A stretch of DNA of 37,963 bases, taken from positions 64,001-101,963 of IMG/VR virus record IMGVR_UViG_3300010347_002503, one strand, 5' to 3'. This DNA is from a virus (taxonomy: Duplodnaviria; Heunggongvirae; Uroviricota; Caudoviricetes). The position numbers were made by a program, and so were the translations under genes. Every line of letters begins with the position of its first letter. Position 1 is the first letter of the stretch. Below the pieces are notes generated by a model that saw only the letters and a program-made list of their open reading frames with translations, was not told the DNA's origin and did not search any database. Shown here one piece after another: positions 34,877-37,963 of this stretch.

Positions 34877-35642
34877 ACAACTTAAACAACTTATTCGGGC
34901 TATTATCACCGAAACCCTTCAACAACTCAATGAAGCTGAAAATGGAGAATGGTGGATTTATCCCGGTGGCGACGCTCAATTTGCCGATGGAAATATCGGG
35001 GATTCTAATCACGAAGGATATGTTATTGAGCATGTATCCCGAGAAATTTATGAGCATTTTACCGGACGTGAATTGGGAGACCAAATGGGATATCTTTCGC
35101 AATATGAAGATGACCTTTTCAAATCTCTTCAATCCGACGGAAGACTAACAGAACGAGATATTGAGACGTGGGAACGAGGTCGGGGGCCAACAGAAGTTCT
35201 CATCGAAAAACTTCTTGAAGACAACGTATATCAAGATAGGAATCAAACGGAGTTTGCAGTCCACATTGCATGGGGTTCCTCAAGTAGAGATGCCAGAGAT
35301 TACGCAATGAAATATCTTGGATGGAAGCGAATGACTACCGCCCGAAATTATGGCACAAATGTTCAGACGTGGTTTTTACGAGATTCCGACCTTCGAGATA
35401 TCAAGCGTGGCATTTATGATGCATGGGGCAATGATGGAGATGAGGAAGATGATGCAACTCATGAAGTCACCATTGAAGTCCGTTCTAATAATAAAATATT
35501 CAGCGGTATTCCTCTGAACGAACTTGAGACAGCTACCGTTGCCGATTTAGCGACATATCAAAGAGGAGCAGCATGGATGCGGGAAGTGAAAAGAAAAGCT
35601 GCTCCTATTATGGACCCCGTGAACTTTACTCCGATGGGTTAA
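34866..35642 (+). CDS. Putative internal head protein (MKTKQLKQLIR... N-terminus; B-like domain)
   Basis: MKTKQLKQLIRAIITETLQQLNE; EWWIYPGG...NHE...YLGWKRM. Confidence 0.7.
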   Translation: MKTKQLKQLIRAIITETLQQLNEAENGEWWIYPGGDAQFADGNIGDSNHEGYVIEHVSREIYEHFTGRELGDQMGYLSQYEDDLFKSLQSDGRLTERDIETWERGRGPTEVLIEKLLEDNVYQDRNQTEFAVHIAWGSSSRDARDYAMKYLGWKRMTTARNYGTNVQTWFLRDSDLRDIKRGIYDAWGNDGDEEDDATHEVTIEVRSNNKIFSGIPLNELETATVADLATYQRGAAWMREVKRKAAPIMDPVNFTPMG

Positions 35643-35665
35643 GACGATTTTATTTCTTTGGAGCC

Positions 35666-35695
35666 AAAAAGCACCTATCCCTTTAGGGTAGGTGC
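35666..35695 (-). terminator. Rho-independent terminator for the minus-strand structural genes
   Basis: Stem GCACCTATCC / GGGTAGGTGC (one G-U pair) with an adjacent A5 tract on plus, i.e. hairpin then U5 on minus; lies between convergent genes. Confidence 0.75.
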
Positions 35696-35716
35696 AGTTG
35701 ACTATAATAATAGGTA

Positions 35717-37420
35717 TTATACGTACCCGCCCCCCAAGTCAGTTCGAAGTTGTTGAACTAATGTATAGAAATTTGCCGATTCGGAAATAGTTAATCCCTT
35801 GTGGATGGCAAAAAACGACACTCCTTTTCGAGAATGTTGAACGATAGAATTGTTCATATTGTTTGCCATTGCAACTAACTGATTTGATGGCAGAGTTCCT
35901 CCCTGTACCGTAAGGCTTGATGTAAATATTCCATGGCCGGTTGTGGAACTACCCGTATAAATGGCAAAAATAATCCCATTTCCAAGATTCTCTCCGTGGT
36001 TCGCAGAAATATAGCCTCGATATCCGGCATTGGCTCCACTGATTCGACCATAAATTTGGCTGTACATATCGGCATACGTAACATTTTGGAATCCAGCGTA
36101 AAGGCGCATGGCTTGGTTTCTGGTTGGCTCAGTATGAACACCAAATTCACATTCTGGATATTGCGATGTACTATTGTAAATGTATAATGTAAGTCCCCCA
36201 TCCGAAGAAGTGGTGTAACTCAAACTCGGAACAAATCCTGTATTGAGATATGCGGTTCCGCTTCCTGTTAGCCCGTTGACACTTAATTGTGCAGAGGTAA
36301 ATCCGGAATTTATCCATGGATCGTAACCTCCAGTTGAATTCCAAAAGGGGGTCAAAGACGCCGACAGATTATCGGGCACGACGGCGTTAATGACTTTCAT
36401 TTTGGATAACAGATTGTTACTAACAAGTCCATTGTAAAACGTTCTAAGGGCGTTTTGAGTCGCTTCGGAGGGGGCGGCTCCTCCATTATAAATGACTCTT
36501 TCGACCCAATCCTGAACCGGATCGGGGTTAACACGCCCTCCTCCTAAAGCGGCTCTCATATTCTCCACCGCCGTATATAGAGCCAAAGATTCTGTTACCG
36601 TAAGGGGCGTGTGAAGGGCCATAAATGAATATGAACGTGACGTATAATTTCCGACGGTTCCGCCGCCGCCACTAGAAGCGGCTAGATATACAGTATTATT
36701 AGGAATTGTTGGGTTTGGAGTGAATGATTGGGAGGAATACAAAAGCGAATGACCGCACTGTGAATTTCCTTTATAGATTTTTATGCTATGGCTATCTGGA
36801 TATTTCGAGCTAGAATAATTCGCCGATATATAGCCCCGAAAATAAGGATGCCGGACTGAAGCGTTGGACGATAAATAATTATAGGCGTCGTAGTGCAAAT
36901 AGCCGTTATACCCAAAAAGCAATGAGGATTGATTCTGTCCGACACCATCTGCAACTAAACAATCCATGTGTGTAGTACTCTGTGCATTGGTGTTGTTATA
37001 ATGAGAACAATAAATCGTTATCCCATGCATGGACGCAGAACCAAATGTTCCTTTTAGATTTATTCCAGTGTCAAGATATTTGTTGACTGCATTTCCTTTG
37101 ATTCCGTGAATGGTCAAATCCGTGTCCACATAGTTGTATGCCTTCCACACATCATAACCCGCCCCTCGAATTATGGGAGTGGCCGAAGCACTAATACCAT
37201 CTGGAACGAAGCAGTTGGCGACGACAATCTTTTTTCGAATTCCAGCCACATCAAGTTCTGTTAGGAATGCATCCATGGCCGCTTGGGTGACCAGAGATGG
37301 GGCGGAAGAAGTATATTGGAGAATTCTTTGAACCCATAGCTGTACTTCTCGGGACGGCGTGTAACCCCCGGTATCTCTTAATTGTAATTTTCGTGATCCT
37401 CTGGAGAGCGTATGTGACAT
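35717..37420 (-). CDS. Putative virion structural (tail/appendage) protein with a tandemly duplicated ~280-aa domain
   Basis: WVQRI...AP...TQ.A...VPD..SAS.TP vs WVERV...AP...TQNA...VPD..SAS.TP; both halves end LT..ES...Y......R..LGGG.V; rich in Ser/Gly/Asn/Tyr. Confidence 0.6.
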   Translation of the reverse strand: MSHTLSRGSRKLQLRDTGGYTPSREVQLWVQRILQYTSSAPSLVTQAAMDAFLTELDVAGIRKKIVVANCFVPDGISASATPIIRGAGYDVWKAYNYVDTDLTIHGIKGNAVNKYLDTGINLKGTFGSASMHGITIYCSHYNNTNAQSTTHMDCLVADGVGQNQSSLLFGYNGYLHYDAYNYLSSNASVRHPYFRGYISANYSSSKYPDSHSIKIYKGNSQCGHSLLYSSQSFTPNPTIPNNTVYLAASSGGGGTVGNYTSRSYSFMALHTPLTVTESLALYTAVENMRAALGGGRVNPDPVQDWVERVIYNGGAAPSEATQNALRTFYNGLVSNNLLSKMKVINAVVPDNLSASLTPFWNSTGGYDPWINSGFTSAQLSVNGLTGSGTAYLNTGFVPSLSYTTSSDGGLTLYIYNSTSQYPECEFGVHTEPTRNQAMRLYAGFQNVTYADMYSQIYGRISGANAGYRGYISANHGENLGNGIIFAIYTGSSTTGHGIFTSSLTVQGGTLPSNQLVAMANNMNNSIVQHSRKGVSFFAIHKGLTISESANFYTLVQQLRTDLGGGYV

Positions 37421-37421
37421 A

Positions 37422-37778
37422 TTAGTAAGTCATTCTGTTGACATAACCGTCTAGCATAATGGAACCCGAGATTGATGCGTACCCACGAACACTCAGTCCA
37501 TTTTGGAGAACCTTTCCGTCCACCAAAAGAGTTCGTCCTGTTCTTGGTGTGATGGTTGCTCTAACGGCATCCACGATATCATCTACGCCACCCCAAAGCA
37601 ACGTGACCATTAAAGAACTGGTGCTATCATTGTACCCGTACAACCAAATCTCGTCGATAGAAGTTGTGCCGGAAGGTGTGGTGTGAATTTCGTTGGCATT
37701 AAGAGATCCCGTCGCCGACAATGCAATCTGTCGTCCATTTACTGAACCACTCAATGGGAGTTTTGTGAATGTAGCCAT
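37422..37778 (-). CDS. Small putative structural protein
   Basis: Preferred start ATG 37778 (MATFTKLPLSGSVNGR...DEIWLYGYN...); stop abuts the next gene's start. Confidence 0.65.
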   Translation of the reverse strand: MATFTKLPLSGSVNGRQIALSATGSLNANEIHTTPSGTTSIDEIWLYGYNDSTSSLMVTLLWGGVDDIVDAVRATITPRTGRTLLVDGKVLQNGLSVRGYASISGSIMLDGYVNRMTY

Positions 37779-37792
37779 AAATGTAATAGTGA

Positions 37793-37963
37793 TTAAATGA
37801 ACATCTGAACCATGATAATATCGGTCCCCTCTTCTCCCCCCCCCCTCCATTCATTGCATACGACGCAGTTGATGCGTATGAGGCCGATACGGTCCATGAG
37901 GCAGTAAAGGGATAGGTTGATCCAGTTCCTAATCCCCCTCCACCACCAGCGTCAAAAGAACCC
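37793..37963 (-). CDS. 3' end of a putative tail-associated protein, out of frame at a G10 tract
   Basis: Upstream frame GSFDAGGGGGLGTGSTYPFTASWTVSASYASTASYAMNGGG; downstream frame EEGTDIIMVQMFI* stops 14 nt before the next ATG; the frames join only with G8 or G11. Confidence 0.55.

Noticed and set aside
8369-37850. Extended 5' starts given by the ORF track (e.g. 8369, 9247, 12701, 13709, 13911, 14496, 22385, 32052, 34815, 37850)
   Set aside because: Downstream ATGs fit stop/start overlaps, promoter positions or family N-termini better.
1-37963. Stop-codon reassignment as seen in some large phages
   Set aside because: Known genes are full length in code 11, and TAA, TGA and TAG all terminate genes at sensible positions (TAG at 18935, 22153, 24068, 31116).
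1-37963. tRNA, rRNA or CRISPR arrays
   Set aside because: No cloverleaf or T-loop signatures, rRNA-like tracts or regularly spaced direct repeats were seen; intergenic gaps are short. A tRNAscan/Infernal run would be the formal check.

Overview
This 38-kb window comes from a large T4-like (Tevenvirinae-style or 'huge') myovirus genome, and standard code 11 fits every gene. It holds the DNA-packaging and head module: a 5'-truncated large terminase with three LAGLIDADG inteins, a portal with an HNH intein, the prohead protease, a scaffold-like protein, the major capsid protein and many putative internal head proteins. An ~11.4-kb accessory island (12.7-24.1 kb), driven by sigma70-like promoters, interrupts that module. 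The island encodes GMP reductase, a SLOG protein, an HD-like protein, a Pol-beta nucleotidyltransferase, NADAR and a DNA methyltransferase. Its most striking part is a radical SAM gene embedded in a translationally coupled array of ten genes (15090-20945) that share only an N-terminal peptide, MK-x-R-x-G-F-[VI]-S-N-S-S-S-S-S-F, ahead of divergent bodies. The ORF track misses two of the ten copies: one has ATT in place of ATG, and one is split by a frameshift. Synonymous codons vary freely across the motif, except that the Ser after Asn is AGY in all ten copies. I propose this as a candidate, possibly undescribed, leader-directed protein-modification system; this is inference and untested. Structural genes carry a sense-strand TATTTATA box, the reverse complement of the T4 late promoter. 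All family assignments come from motif recognition by eye, and no database searches were run.
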